DNA of 64,000 bases from Minisyncoccia bacterium (GCA_044356325.1 JBIKWJ010000001.1:152992-216991), one strand, 5' to 3'; counted from the first letter of the stretch, positions 18,350 to 28,196 are shown. Program-made: numbers and translations. Notes: a model not told the origin generated them from the sequence alone.

Positions 18350-19558
18350 TTAATCTTTGTTTATAAGCTTACTATGTCTTGACATTACCAAAATCATTAA
18401 CCCAGCCAAACTTAATACGGCTAATCCCATATATCTATCATTGTGTAAAAATCCAAATTTAGATGCACTTTGTATATTAGCACTGAGTGGAATTTTATCC
18501 TTATTAATAATAAAAGACTTAGTCGCATTAGCATCTCCATTAATATCCTTTACTACTATATCTATTTTATAAGCTTGATTGGGATCAATGTCGAGGGATA
18601 AAGAATTACCACTTCCATCCTGTACTTCATCATTAACTCTATAAGTATAGGATAATTTTGCATTTTGCCCAATATTATCTACATCACTGGATATTAATAG
18701 CTGTATTCCCTCATCAATTTTTAAATCATCAGCATAATCAATAGGAGTATTATTCTTATTATTGACAAGCGAGACCCGAATTGCAGGCTGTTTAATCGCA
18801 ATAGTATTTATCCCATAATATCTGGTATATCCTGTTACTCTATCTCTTGCAATAGCTTGTATAATATAATTTTTATCATATCCTTTATTCTCCGCAAAGG
18901 TAATTTTATTATTATTTTGCTCTACGGTATTACCATCAATTTTCCACTCAATTACATATTGTGATATAGGTAGCTCTGTTGCAACCGAAATAGTATCCCC
19001 TTTTGCAGGATTGAGTGGTCTATAGTCGAGGGAAATTTTATCAAAAATCTCCAAACTAATACTCCCAGTTTTAATTATTCCTTGAGAATTGACAGCAATC
19101 TCTATTTGATAAGTCCCTGAGTCTGGGAATGTATAAAAAAATACAGTTTTATCAATACCACTTACTTCGAATACTACTTTGTCGCCCTTTTTTATTCTCC
19201 AATTATATTGAGCCCCATCAAATACAAAACTTTTATCTATATGATAATTAATAGTTGCAAAATCAATTTGTTGTTTAGTAAAGAGATATTTGTTTTTTAC
19301 TACGAGTTTAATCTCTCCTGTTGATGATTTTTCGATATAATAACTATCTGCAAAACTTTGCTTAATATAGTTATCAATAAGAATATTAGCCTCATCCTGA
19401 GTTTTGGGATCATTATTAGCAAGAGTTGATTGTGTAGCGGTATTGAGTAAATTTGTTGAGCTATTAGATGTGGGGGTGTCTTGTGCTAATACTGTTGATG
19501 AATTCAAGAGTATTATACCCATCAAGAATACTCCTATTATATATTGTGAATATTTCAT
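18350..19558 (-). CDS. Surface protein with Ig-like (PKD/Big-like) repeats and a C-terminal TM anchor
   Basis: 402 aa with a signal peptide. Several beta-rich repeats such as GDKVVFEVSG..GTYQIEIAV. The final 25 aa form a hydrophobic anchor plus a basic tail. Confidence 0.45.
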   Translation of the reverse strand: MKYSQYIIGVFLMGIILLNSSTVLAQDTPTSNSSTNLLNTATQSTLANNDPKTQDEANILIDNYIKQSFADSYYIEKSSTGEIKLVVKNKYLFTKQQIDFATINYHIDKSFVFDGAQYNWRIKKGDKVVFEVSGIDKTVFFYTFPDSGTYQIEIAVNSQGIIKTGSISLEIFDKISLDYRPLNPAKGDTISVATELPISQYVIEWKIDGNTVEQNNNKITFAENKGYDKNYIIQAIARDRVTGYTRYYGINTIAIKQPAIRVSLVNNKNNTPIDYADDLKIDEGIQLLISSDVDNIGQNAKLSYTYRVNDEVQDGSGNSLSLDIDPNQAYKIDIVVKDINGDANATKSFIINKDKIPLSANIQSASKFGFLHNDRYMGLAVLSLAGLMILVMSRHSKLINKD

Positions 19559-19612
19559 TGATATTAATTAAATTTGTATTTAGTATATCATATTATTCTT
19601 GATATTTGGAAT

Positions 19613-20257
19613 TTATCTTTTTGCTGCCACTGGCTGAGGTTTTGCACTACGGTTAAAGTTACGAATATTATTCACAGCTCCTGATACACTGAGTGATTGT
19701 CTCCATTTATTTAGAGAATCCTCAAATTTCTCATTATCTTCTTTCATTTGTTTTGCTCGGGATCGATGTGCCTTAATATGAAGCCATGCACCAATAGTCC
19801 AAGTTGGAGAAAAATCTCCAAGAAATGGAATTAACTCTACAACCCCCTTAATTATAAGACTTACTATTCTTTTCCAGCCAAATTCCATAACATAGCCTCC
19901 TATTTTATCCAACATATATTTACTAGCTTCTTGAGTTTTACGAGCTAAAGCCTGTTGAATTTTGCTTTGTGCGGGGCTTGCATTACGAGATCTCTGAGAT
20001 AAACGTAACAATTCACTAATTTTACTCATTTGATATGATTTTAAATTAGTATAATATATGGCAAGATAACCATAATATATGGCACAAAATACAATATCCG
20101 TCATAATAGCTACAATATCTAGCACAAAAGATCCAACAAGAGAAATCACTTGAATAACTGGTATAAAATTAATAATAAATAATATGAATCCTAAAAGATC
20201 CCACATTACGGCAAATCCAAGATTAATATATAACCACATTCCACTTAATGGCTTCAT
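19613..20257 (-). CDS. Membrane protein, unknown function
   Basis: 214 aa. Two to three N-terminal TM helices, then a basic hydrophilic domain. Confidence 0.4.
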   Translation of the reverse strand: MKPLSGMWLYINLGFAVMWDLLGFILFIINFIPVIQVISLVGSFVLDIVAIMTDIVFCAIYYGYLAIYYTNLKSYQMSKISELLRLSQRSRNASPAQSKIQQALARKTQEASKYMLDKIGGYVMEFGWKRIVSLIIKGVVELIPFLGDFSPTWTIGAWLHIKAHRSRAKQMKEDNEKFEDSLNKWRQSLSVSGAVNNIRNFNRSAKPQPVAAKR

Positions 20258-20316
20258 TTTTTAATTTCTTATATGGTATAAGTATATCATAGTTATTGGC
20301 ATATTGTGATAGATTT

Positions 20317-20325
20317 TGCTATAAT
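20317..20325 (+). promoter_or_regulatory. Extended -10 promoter TGCTATAAT for glyA
   Basis: 27 bp upstream of the glyA ATG. Confidence 0.5.
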
Positions 20326-20351
20326 ATCATTATATACATAATATCGATATA

Positions 20352-21563
20352 ATGCGTACTATATTAGAATTGATTAAAAAAGAAACTCTACGACAAGCTC
20401 AGTCTATACGATTAATAGCCTCCGAAAATTATGTCTCTCAAGATATATTGACAGCTCTTGGCTCTAGCCTCACTAACAAATATAGTGAAGGGTACCCCTA
20501 TCACAGATATTATGAAGGGCAAGAATATATCGATGAGATTGAAACTTTAGCAATTGAATCAGCAAAAAAACTATTTGGAGCTGAGTTTGCTAATGTGCAG
20601 GCTTATTCTGGAAGCCCCGCTAATTTGGCAGTATATTTTGCTTTACTTGAGCCACATGATACTATTTTGGGCCTTTCACTCCCAGCAGGAGGACATCTTA
20701 CTCATGGACATAAGGTTAGCATATCAGGAAAATGGCTGAGTTCCATTAGTTATGGTCTCACTCCTGAGGGGCATATTAATTATGAAGAAATAGAACAACT
20801 AGCTCAAGCACATAAACCTAAACTTATCATTTCAGGACATTCTGCCTATACAAGACAAATTGATTTCAAGCGTATTGGAGATATTGCAAAATCAGTTGGA
20901 GCTTATCATTTAGCCGATATTTCTCATATATCAGGACTTGTTGCAACAGGAGTACATCCACATCCATTTCCTCACGCTGATATTATTACAACCACCACTC
21001 ATAAAGTATTGAGAGGACCCAGAGGCGCTCTTATACTCACCAATAATCCTGAACTTGCGACAAAAATAGACAAAGCGGTATTCCCAGGATTACAAGGTGG
21101 TCCTCATAATAATAATATAGCGGGTATTGCTATTGCCCTAGAAGAAGCTTTAGCACCAGAATATACTCAATATTGTGAGCAAGTTATCGCTAATGCTAAA
21201 GCTCTTGGAGAGGCTCTCAAAGCAAAAGGATTTACGCTCGTGTCAGGGGGAACTGAAAACCATCTTTTATTAGTTGATCTTCGGAGCAAAAATATTGATG
21301 GAGATACTTTGTCTAAAGCCCTCAACTCAGTACAAATAGAGACAAATAAGAATAGTATACCTTTTGATACAGCCTCACCCTTTAAACCAAATGGAATTCG
21401 TCTTGGAACTCCTGCCATCACAACACTCGGACTAAAAGAAGCAGATATGGAGACAATTGCTGACTTTATCAATCAAGTCGTCGATTCTATTAACAATACC
21501 GATACTTTAGCTCATATTAAAGAACAAGTTATTGCATTTATCACTCAATTCAAACAATATTAA
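20352..21563 (+). CDS. glyA: Serine hydroxymethyltransferase
   Basis: 403 aa. SHMT signatures IASENYVS and the PLP-lysine region HKVLRGPRG. Confidence 0.9.
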   Translation: MRTILELIKKETLRQAQSIRLIASENYVSQDILTALGSSLTNKYSEGYPYHRYYEGQEYIDEIETLAIESAKKLFGAEFANVQAYSGSPANLAVYFALLEPHDTILGLSLPAGGHLTHGHKVSISGKWLSSISYGLTPEGHINYEEIEQLAQAHKPKLIISGHSAYTRQIDFKRIGDIAKSVGAYHLADISHISGLVATGVHPHPFPHADIITTTTHKVLRGPRGALILTNNPELATKIDKAVFPGLQGGPHNNNIAGIAIALEEALAPEYTQYCEQVIANAKALGEALKAKGFTLVSGGTENHLLLVDLRSKNIDGDTLSKALNSVQIETNKNSIPFDTASPFKPNGIRLGTPAITTLGLKEADMETIADFINQVVDSINNTDTLAHIKEQVIAFITQFKQY

Positions 21564-21566
21564 TCA

Positions 21567-22412
21567 ATGATTTCCCTTACAGCACAACCTATTATTGATA
21601 CTATTATCCCCAAGATACCCGAAGGATTACATTTGGCAGTAATTTTGGTTGGAGATGATATTGCCTCTCGGATTTATGTAGACAAAAAATCAAAAGCTCT
21701 CGAGAAAACAGGAGGAAAACTCCATTTATTCAAATATGAAACAAATATATCTCAAGAACAATTAATAGCTGAAATACAAAATCTTAATCGAGACAATAGC
21801 ATTGATGGAATTATTATACAATTACCTCTTCCTCCATTTATTGAGGAACAGGTCGTGTTAAATAGCATACATCCCACTAAAGATGCCGATGGTCTCACTG
21901 ATTTTTGGCTAGGTAAATTATTCCAAAGTCGTATTAGTGCAACTCTGTCCCCTATTATTCCTGCCACTCCTCGTGGAATTATTCTTTTATTCGAACATTA
22001 TGATATTCCATTAATTGGCAAAACCGTATTGATACTCAATGACAGTGTATTGGTAGGTAAACCTCTCGCAGCTTTACTCCCAGCCTATGGAGCAACCCCC
22101 ATATTAGCTCATCGAGAAACCCATAATCTTGAGGATTTAATACAATTATCAGATATTATTGTATCGGCAACGGGAAACCCAGATATACTCAAAAATATAC
22201 CCTTTAGAGAAAATCAAATACTAGTTGATGTTGGTATAGCAAGAGACGAGAATAATCATATCAGAGGAGATATATATCATAAAGATTTTGTATTTAAAGG
22301 AGCAATAACTCCTGTACCAGGAGGAATAGGCCCTCTCACTGTTTGGGCACTTATACACAATTTAGCTGTTTTGAAAGACTTAAAAGAGCAGCATATTCAA
22401 AACACTTTATAA
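21567..22412 (+). CDS. folD: Bifunctional methylene-THF dehydrogenase/methenyl-THF cyclohydrolase
   Basis: 281 aa. VILVGDD..S..YV and the GIIIQLPLP motif; start is 4 bp after glyA. Confidence 0.85.
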   Translation: MISLTAQPIIDTIIPKIPEGLHLAVILVGDDIASRIYVDKKSKALEKTGGKLHLFKYETNISQEQLIAEIQNLNRDNSIDGIIIQLPLPPFIEEQVVLNSIHPTKDADGLTDFWLGKLFQSRISATLSPIIPATPRGIILLFEHYDIPLIGKTVLILNDSVLVGKPLAALLPAYGATPILAHRETHNLEDLIQLSDIIVSATGNPDILKNIPFRENQILVDVGIARDENNHIRGDIYHKDFVFKGAITPVPGGIGPLTVWALIHNLAVLKDLKEQHIQNTL

Positions 22413-22415
22413 CAC

Positions 22416-22442
22416 AAAAGCCCCTTATGGGGCTTTATTTGG
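22416..22442 (+). terminator. Rho-independent terminator after folD
   Basis: aaagcccc-ttat-ggggcttt followed by atttgg. Overlaps the 3' end of tRNA-Ile on the other strand. Confidence 0.55.
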
Positions 22443-22516
22443 TGCGCATGCCATGACTTGAACATGGGACCTCTACATTATCAGTGTAGCGCTCTAACCA
22501 GCTGAGCTACACGCGC
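22440..22516 (-). tRNA. tRNA-Ile (anticodon GAU), CCA encoded
   Basis: Reverse complement reads GCGCGTG...CTGATAA...GGTTCAAGTCC...CATGCGCACCA. Anticodon loop cuGAUaa. Confidence 0.85.
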
Positions 22517-22561
22517 ATTTGAATATAATTATATCATAAACCTAACCTTTCTGCAAGATAT

Positions 22562-24163
22562 CTATAACATACTGTTACCAATAGGAATTCCTGTTGGTAC
22601 ACTATCAAGTCCCTCCGGAGATACAACAATAATATTATTCCATTTATACCCTAATCCTTCAAATACCGCTGGAGAGGCTACATAGCGTTTTTTTCCATCA
22701 GACATTATATAAACTTCCCCTCTGCCCGAGGCTCTCAGAATTACTCCATCCCGAAAATATACCGCTGGCCCCTGTTGATAAGAATTCCATTCAGCCCCTG
22801 ATACATATACTAAATCTTTATAATTATATTGAGTGTCGAATACTTCTGGACTTGGTATTGGACGCCTTTTCCCCGTTTCCAAAACCTCTATTCCTGTTGG
22901 ATTATCGCGATTAACCAATAATGTCCCATCTGGATAGGGGCGAGATTGCATAATAGGTCCAATTGAATGAGATATTGCAAGAGTCCCATCTGGAATAATA
23001 GTAATATTATTCCACTTATAGCCTAAGGCCTCAAAAGTAACTGGAGATGGAATATGTCTTCTTTGCTGATTACTAATTACATATACATCGGGATTATTCC
23101 GTTCTCTTACCAACATTCCTTCTCTGAATGTAAGAGCTGAAGCTAAAGGATAAGAATCCCACTCGGCACGTGTGACATCTAATACATCTTTCCATTTAAA
23201 ACGAGAATTAAAAACATCAGGATTTACGAGAGGCCTAATACTTCCATTCTCGAGATATCCAACTCCCGTATCTGTTCTTAATAATGATCCATTTGGGAAA
23301 GTTCGAATATTACTATTATCAGGGAATAAGGCTAATTCGGTTGCATTAATACTAATCACATTTTTCCCTCCAATATTACCAGTAGGAGTTTTTATCCCAT
23401 TTTGAATAGTATAAAGACGACCATTATCATCTCGATACAGCGAATTATCATAATATTGCTTCCACTCTTGAGCTCGATTCCGAAGCCAGCTCATATCAAC
23501 CATATTAGTGTCTCCATTTCCAGCTTCTACAGCTCCATGATCAGTAAGTCGAAAGCCGGTATAATTAGAACTGTATGCTTTGGTATAAAAATTCCAAATA
23601 GGTTCAGTCATATAATCTGTAGGGGCAATACTATTGGTTGAACTAAGCCATCCAGATAATTTGGCTAAAGATTGTTTCATAGCTTCCGGTACTGTTGCAT
23701 AGCCACTTCCATAGCGACCAATCAGAGAAACTCCTATACTTTGATAATTAAAATTATCTCCGGTACTATTCACATAAAGATGAGCTCCTCTCACCCCATT
23801 TTGTCCCATTCTCCCCTGATAAATACTCCCATCGCGAGCTATCAGATAATTATACCCTATATCACCCCAACCATTATTACGGGCATGTGTGGTGAATATT
23901 GAACGAATTATTTGTCTTGGGTCAAGGGAGTCACCATTAAAGTCAGCCAAAGCAGTATCATGTAATAATATTCTCTTTATCTGCAAAGTATTATTAGAAT
24001 TTGGTGGCCAATTATTGAGGGTATAGGTATTATCATCTGCTGTTGCCCAAGTATTGCGAGATTGTATATTGGGAGTACTTGCAAAAGTGGGTCGTGGTAA
24101 TATCAATGCTATCAACATTATCATTGGCAATAGTATTGATTGCAAACATAATATCAAATTCAT
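22562..24163 (-). CDS. Secreted N-acetylmuramoyl-L-alanine amidase (Amidase_2/PGRP-like) with three C-terminal ~57-aa repeats
   Basis: 533 aa with a signal peptide. GWGDIGYNYLIARDGSIYQGR is a PGRP/amidase_2 signature. The C-terminal repeats have consensus DG.L...G.VYVI.NG.KR.I.SP.VF...GY.W..V. Confidence 0.6.
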   Translation of the reverse strand: MNLILCLQSILLPMIMLIALILPRPTFASTPNIQSRNTWATADDNTYTLNNWPPNSNNTLQIKRILLHDTALADFNGDSLDPRQIIRSIFTTHARNNGWGDIGYNYLIARDGSIYQGRMGQNGVRGAHLYVNSTGDNFNYQSIGVSLIGRYGSGYATVPEAMKQSLAKLSGWLSSTNSIAPTDYMTEPIWNFYTKAYSSNYTGFRLTDHGAVEAGNGDTNMVDMSWLRNRAQEWKQYYDNSLYRDDNGRLYTIQNGIKTPTGNIGGKNVISINATELALFPDNSNIRTFPNGSLLRTDTGVGYLENGSIRPLVNPDVFNSRFKWKDVLDVTRAEWDSYPLASALTFREGMLVRERNNPDVYVISNQQRRHIPSPVTFEALGYKWNNITIIPDGTLAISHSIGPIMQSRPYPDGTLLVNRDNPTGIEVLETGKRRPIPSPEVFDTQYNYKDLVYVSGAEWNSYQQGPAVYFRDGVILRASGRGEVYIMSDGKKRYVASPAVFEGLGYKWNNIIVVSPEGLDSVPTGIPIGNSML

Positions 24164-24165
24164 AA

Positions 24166-26106
24166 TTAAGGCAAGGGTCCTACTGGAATTGACTGATCAA
24201 TCATAAATCCATATTGTAATGTATCATCAGTAACTACTCCTAGAGCCAACATAGCCTCAGGAGAAAGCCCAGATACACGATTCGTAAATATAGCAGGACC
24301 AGATTCCATAATAGTTGTAACAAGTCTTCTACCATTGGCGGGATTTGTCACCAAAACTTTACGTCCTCGATGCCAATTTTTAGCAGTATTATTAAAATCT
24401 GTACTACGAGTACGTCCTCTCCAGACATCTGTTCTAAACTCATAGACTTCTTGTACAGTACTTCCTGAATTATGAGATTTTGCAGAAGCAGCCACAGTAG
24501 GACTATCTACTCCTCGCTGAGATACAATAAGACTATTCCCATCTTTACCACTATATGCAATAATTTCCCCATTGATAATAACCCAACCTGTATTAGGGTA
24601 ATCTGACACATTAGCAAGTGGTATTCTGTTAGCAGAAGTATCTATATTCTGAGTAAGCGTACTCATAGCCTCATACCATCGCACATAATTCCAACGCATA
24701 GTAATATAATACTTCTCCTCTTCAACACCAAATGGAGCATAGCTCGAATTGATACTTCCTCCTGGACAAGTTAATGCAAAGGCTCCTCCCGTAGTTAATA
24801 GGCCATTTTGTGCTGAGGCTGGAGTTGAAGCTCGGACATAATGATCAGCACTTGTTTCATTACAATCGCGGGCAAGATGCTGTTCACGAGCTGTTCTACC
24901 ACTTGTAGCTGGGATAGCATATCCGTCTAAACTAGCAGCTTGAATATCTGAGAGAGCAGATCCCATAGCATTAGAATTAAACTCATCTTCAGATACTGCA
25001 TTTACATTAGCCCAATTATATCCCCTCGCCGTAAATATTGCTGGACTTGGAATACCTCGCTTTAATCCCCCTTCAATCACATATACTCCTCCTCCAAAAG
25101 ATATCAAATTGCCATCTCTAAATCCAACTCTTCCTGCTCGTGAATATTGATTAATGACACTGTCTGGTAATCTCAGCACAGAACCCCAGTCATAACCTTG
25201 GCTCACAAAGATATTAGGGCTTATGATAGGCTGTAAGTTGCCATTATTATTGACCCGAAACACTGCTCCACTTCTTGCACCGACAAGAGAACCTTCCATA
25301 TATCGTTTCACCGTATTAAAGGCTCCGGATTCAGGAATAATAGATAATTCAAAATCTGTAGCTCGCTTTACTTGTCCCCAATTAAGTCCATAACTCTCAA
25401 AAACAGCAGGAGAAGTAATAGGCTGCCGCACATTATTCTGCATCATAAATACTCCTGTAGCACTAGATATCAATAATCCATCAGGATAGAATTCATTAGC
25501 TCCCTGGGGATAGGTATTAAGATATGCCTCTGAGACCTCAATCAGAGATTCCCAACGATATCTTGCTTGAAATATAAGAGGACTAGGAATATATCTTCTC
25601 TGCCCATTTTTAATCACAAATACTTCCCCTCCTGGTTTTACCAATAAACTTCCATTGGGATGTTTGGCAGCTGTAGTTAAGCCAGGTCCCTGAGGCTGAG
25701 GAGCAAGTTCCGCATCACTTACCGCAATGACATTAGACCATTTATACCCCTTTTGAAGAAAAGTACTCGGAGAGTCAATAGGCAATCTCTGCCCATCAGA
25801 TATTACAAAGACTCCACCTCTATTAGATAATAATGATCCATCTCTATATGTCATTTGTGGACCATTAGGCAGGGCATCAATTTCATTAGGAGTAGTCACT
25901 ACCAAATCCTCCCATCTAAATTGAGACCTCAACATATTAGGAGACTCAATAGGACGCTTTTGTCCATTATCAATATAATAAACTTTGGGGTTATTAGTAG
26001 ATTTTAGCAATATTCCATTAGGAAAGCTTGGACTACTCGCATAACTCATTAATGGGAATGCCCATATCAAAGCAACAGTAATTAAAATTTTATTTGATAT
26101 TTTCAT
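24166..26106 (-). CDS. Secreted protein with six ~57-aa repeats and a C-terminal RlpA-like double-psi beta-barrel domain
   Basis: 646 aa with a signal peptide. The repeats are homologous to those in the adjacent amidase. C-terminal KVLVTNPANGRRLVTTIMESGPAIF..RVSGLSPEAMLALGV resembles the RlpA/3D lytic-transglycosylase fold. Confidence 0.5.
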   Translation of the reverse strand: MKISNKILITVALIWAFPLMSYASSPSFPNGILLKSTNNPKVYYIDNGQKRPIESPNMLRSQFRWEDLVVTTPNEIDALPNGPQMTYRDGSLLSNRGGVFVISDGQRLPIDSPSTFLQKGYKWSNVIAVSDAELAPQPQGPGLTTAAKHPNGSLLVKPGGEVFVIKNGQRRYIPSPLIFQARYRWESLIEVSEAYLNTYPQGANEFYPDGLLISSATGVFMMQNNVRQPITSPAVFESYGLNWGQVKRATDFELSIIPESGAFNTVKRYMEGSLVGARSGAVFRVNNNGNLQPIISPNIFVSQGYDWGSVLRLPDSVINQYSRAGRVGFRDGNLISFGGGVYVIEGGLKRGIPSPAIFTARGYNWANVNAVSEDEFNSNAMGSALSDIQAASLDGYAIPATSGRTAREQHLARDCNETSADHYVRASTPASAQNGLLTTGGAFALTCPGGSINSSYAPFGVEEEKYYITMRWNYVRWYEAMSTLTQNIDTSANRIPLANVSDYPNTGWVIINGEIIAYSGKDGNSLIVSQRGVDSPTVAASAKSHNSGSTVQEVYEFRTDVWRGRTRSTDFNNTAKNWHRGRKVLVTNPANGRRLVTTIMESGPAIFTNRVSGLSPEAMLALGVVTDDTLQYGFMIDQSIPVGPLP

Positions 26107-26155
26107 ATTTTGGATATACTTTATATTATTGAGTATATCATAAAATTATATATTT

Positions 26156-26164
26156 TGATATACT
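26156..26164 (+). promoter_or_regulatory. Extended -10-like TGATATACT upstream of the nitroreductase gene
   Basis: 32 bp upstream of the ATG. Confidence 0.3.
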
Positions 26165-26195
26165 ACAACTGTAATCAAATAATCATAAAACCATA

Positions 26196-26816
26196 ATGAA
26201 ATCTATATTAGAAGCCCTCAATTGGCGATATGCCACCGACAAATTCTTAGATACTCCTATCCCAGAGGATATATTCCATACCATCATAGAGGCAGCGCGT
26301 CTCGCCCCTTCATCTATGAATTTTCAACCATGGAAATATATCTCTATACAATCTCCAGAAATTCGTAATCAAATATTCGAAGCTGGAGGAAAACAAGAAG
26401 CCATAAATGCTCCTACCCTACTCGTACTCACCATACCCAATATTCTCACTGCAGAAAATGTAAATAATGTTGTTCTCGCTGCCGCTAAAGCTCGGAATGC
26501 CGATCCATCTACTCTTGAGGGATATCGTAATATGCTACAAGGATTTGTAGACAGAACAACTCCTGAGAAATTCTTTGATTGGAGCCGTAGACAAGCATAT
26601 ATTTCACTCGGAATGCTGTTACTTGCCGCTGCTCAACTCGAAGTGGATGCAGCCCCTATGGAAGGGTTTGATGCCACGAAAGTAACCGAGATATTAGGTC
26701 TCAAAGATTATACCGCCGTCACCTTGATTGGACTTGGCTACCGCAGCCCTGAAGATGATCATCAAAGCTGGCCAAAAGTCCGATTTGATATGGAGGAAAT
26801 TTTAGAGGTGAGATAG
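26196..26816 (+). CDS. Nitroreductase-family flavoprotein
   Basis: 206 aa. N-terminal RYATDKF...ARLAPSSMNFQPWKY is typical of the NfsB/nitroreductase fold. Confidence 0.75.
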   Translation: MKSILEALNWRYATDKFLDTPIPEDIFHTIIEAARLAPSSMNFQPWKYISIQSPEIRNQIFEAGGKQEAINAPTLLVLTIPNILTAENVNNVVLAAAKARNADPSTLEGYRNMLQGFVDRTTPEKFFDWSRRQAYISLGMLLLAAAQLEVDAAPMEGFDATKVTEILGLKDYTAVTLIGLGYRSPEDDHQSWPKVRFDMEEILEVR

Positions 26817-26823
26817 AACCTAA

Positions 26824-26860
26824 AAAAGAAAGAGCTTATCAAGCTCTTTCTTCTTTTTAT
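26824..26860. terminator. Bidirectional rho-independent terminator
   Basis: agaaagagc-ttatcaa-gctctttct flanked by an A tract and a T tract. Serves the nitroreductase (+) and the tRNA-Ser region (-). Confidence 0.6.
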
Positions 26861-26862
26861 TT

Positions 26863-26889
26863 TGGCGGAGAGAAAGGGATTACGAACCC
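26863..26889 (-). repeat. Duplicated 3' end of tRNA-Ser(GCU) including CCA, attR-like
   Basis: tggcggagagaaagggattacgaaccc matches the tRNA T-arm and acceptor with a 1-nt indel. 171 bp separate it from the intact tRNA; the intervening DNA is GC-rich. Confidence 0.6.
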
Positions 26890-27059
26890 GTCGCAAATGG
26901 GATTTGCTCCCCTTTCCTATTTCGAATCTAAAACTTCCTTCAAGATTTCATACATCGCATGTATGATAGCAAAATCCCCCGTGCAGGAAGGCAGCGAGGG
27001 ATTTATTCCCGAGTGTCGGAAACCGTAGGTGTCCGAGACGGGGTTGGGGGGGGATTTTG

Positions 27060-27147
27060 CGGAGAGAAAGGGATTCGAACCCTTGATAAGTTTTACCCTA
27101 TGCCACGTTAGCAGTGTGGTGCTTTCGACCAGCTCAGCCATCTCTCC
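27060..27147 (-). tRNA. tRNA-Ser (anticodon GCU)
   Basis: Reverse complement reads GGAGAGATGGCTGAGCTGGTCGAAAGC...cuGCUaa...long variable arm...GGTTCGAATCC. CCA is not encoded. Confidence 0.8.
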
Positions 27148-27300
27148 AGAATTAAATTAACTATTATAGTTTACCTAAATTTTGATAATTTTGCAACTTA
27201 TTCCTATTGAAAAATTATAGAATTATTATAAACTTATAATTATTGATAGTTTACATTAAATCATAAAACAGGCATATTATCCCCCATTTTTATTCATCTA

Positions 27301-27309
27301 TGCTATAAT
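27301..27309 (+). promoter_or_regulatory. Extended -10 promoter TGCTATAAT
   Basis: 20 bp upstream of ORF 27329. Preceded by a ccccc box. Confidence 0.45.
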
Positions 27310-27328
27310 ATAGATAAAAGAATAGTAT

Positions 27329-27772
27329 ATGCATATTTTCCCAAAACAAATAAATAATACCTATACGGGACATCCTATTGCTCTCTATACTTTTTATATC
27401 ATTACCTTTATCACTATAGTCCGAAGTCTCATTCATATATTAGCCCCTGATGGTGGAGCACAAAGTATAGCCACTATTCCACTCGATACCTATTCTGTAG
27501 AAAGTGCTAATACGGTTATTTTTATGTTTGGATTGTGGGGAATTTCTCAACTACTGCTTGGAATACTGTTTCTCATTATCACAATTCGCTACAAAGCTCT
27601 TATACCCCTTATGTACCTATTTATCTTTACCGAATATACTCTCAGACTTATACTTGGATTTTTCAAACCCCTTACCCTCACAGGTGTCGCTCCAGGAGGT
27701 ATAGGGAATTATGTGTTTATTATTTTATCTATTCTTTTATTTATGTTATCTATGAAAACGAAAAAAACTTAA
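27329..27772 (+). CDS. Small polytopic membrane protein
   Basis: 147 aa with four predicted TM helices. Confidence 0.4.
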   Translation: MHIFPKQINNTYTGHPIALYTFYIITFITIVRSLIHILAPDGGAQSIATIPLDTYSVESANTVIFMFGLWGISQLLLGILFLIITIRYKALIPLMYLFIFTEYTLRLILGFFKPLTLTGVAPGGIGNYVFIILSILLFMLSMKTKKT

Positions 27773-27782
27773 TATAACTCAA

Positions 27783-27825
27783 TTTATACTGATTTGTAAT
27801 TATTGATAATTTACATTATGAGATA
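27783..27825 (+). promoter_or_regulatory. Conserved 43-bp intergenic motif, copy 1 of 3
   Basis: tttatactgatttgtaattattgataatttacattatgagata recurs at 29454-29495 with 42/43 identity; a 22-bp core recurs at 27237-27258. Confidence 0.4.
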
Positions 27826-27847
27826 CCCTATTCCATAGAGTATATAT

Positions 27848-28135
27848 TTAATTTTTCTTTTTCTTGAGACGCTCTCTTTTTACCATCAAAAAAGTTCCAA
27901 TCCATGATCCAATAGCAAGGGGGAAAATATAAAGCCAGTTTTCAGTGTAATTAATGACTCCAAATGCAATACAAAAGTGTATAATTGAACCAACAGTAGC
28001 AGCTCTATATTCATTATAATTGGCAATATCTAAGGTATACTTTGCATAAAGTGCATCTATAACAATATATGCTACTAGAATTAGTAGCGCAATAAGTGGA
28101 TTAAATGTGCTTAAAGCTCCTATTATTGCTTCCAT
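27848..28135 (-). CDS. Small membrane protein
   Basis: 95 aa with 2-3 TM helices and a KKKKN tail. Has a conserved upstream motif shared with the gene at 30052-30420. Confidence 0.35.
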   Translation of the reverse strand: MEAIIGALSTFNPLIALLILVAYIVIDALYAKYTLDIANYNEYRAATVGSIIHFCIAFGVINYTENWLYIFPLAIGSWIGTFLMVKRERLKKKKN

Positions 28136-28196
28136 ATTAAGTGTTTTTTGCTATATTATAAAACTAATTCTAACCCATTTCTCCTATCCGTACAAT

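Noticed and set aside
26917-27141. 74-aa ORF on the minus strand covering the tRNA-Ser(GCU) region, and the similar 67-70 aa ORFs over tRNA-Ser(UGA) at 2776-3037
   Set aside because: They overlap tRNA genes and GC-rich repeat DNA. These are composition-driven spurious ORFs.
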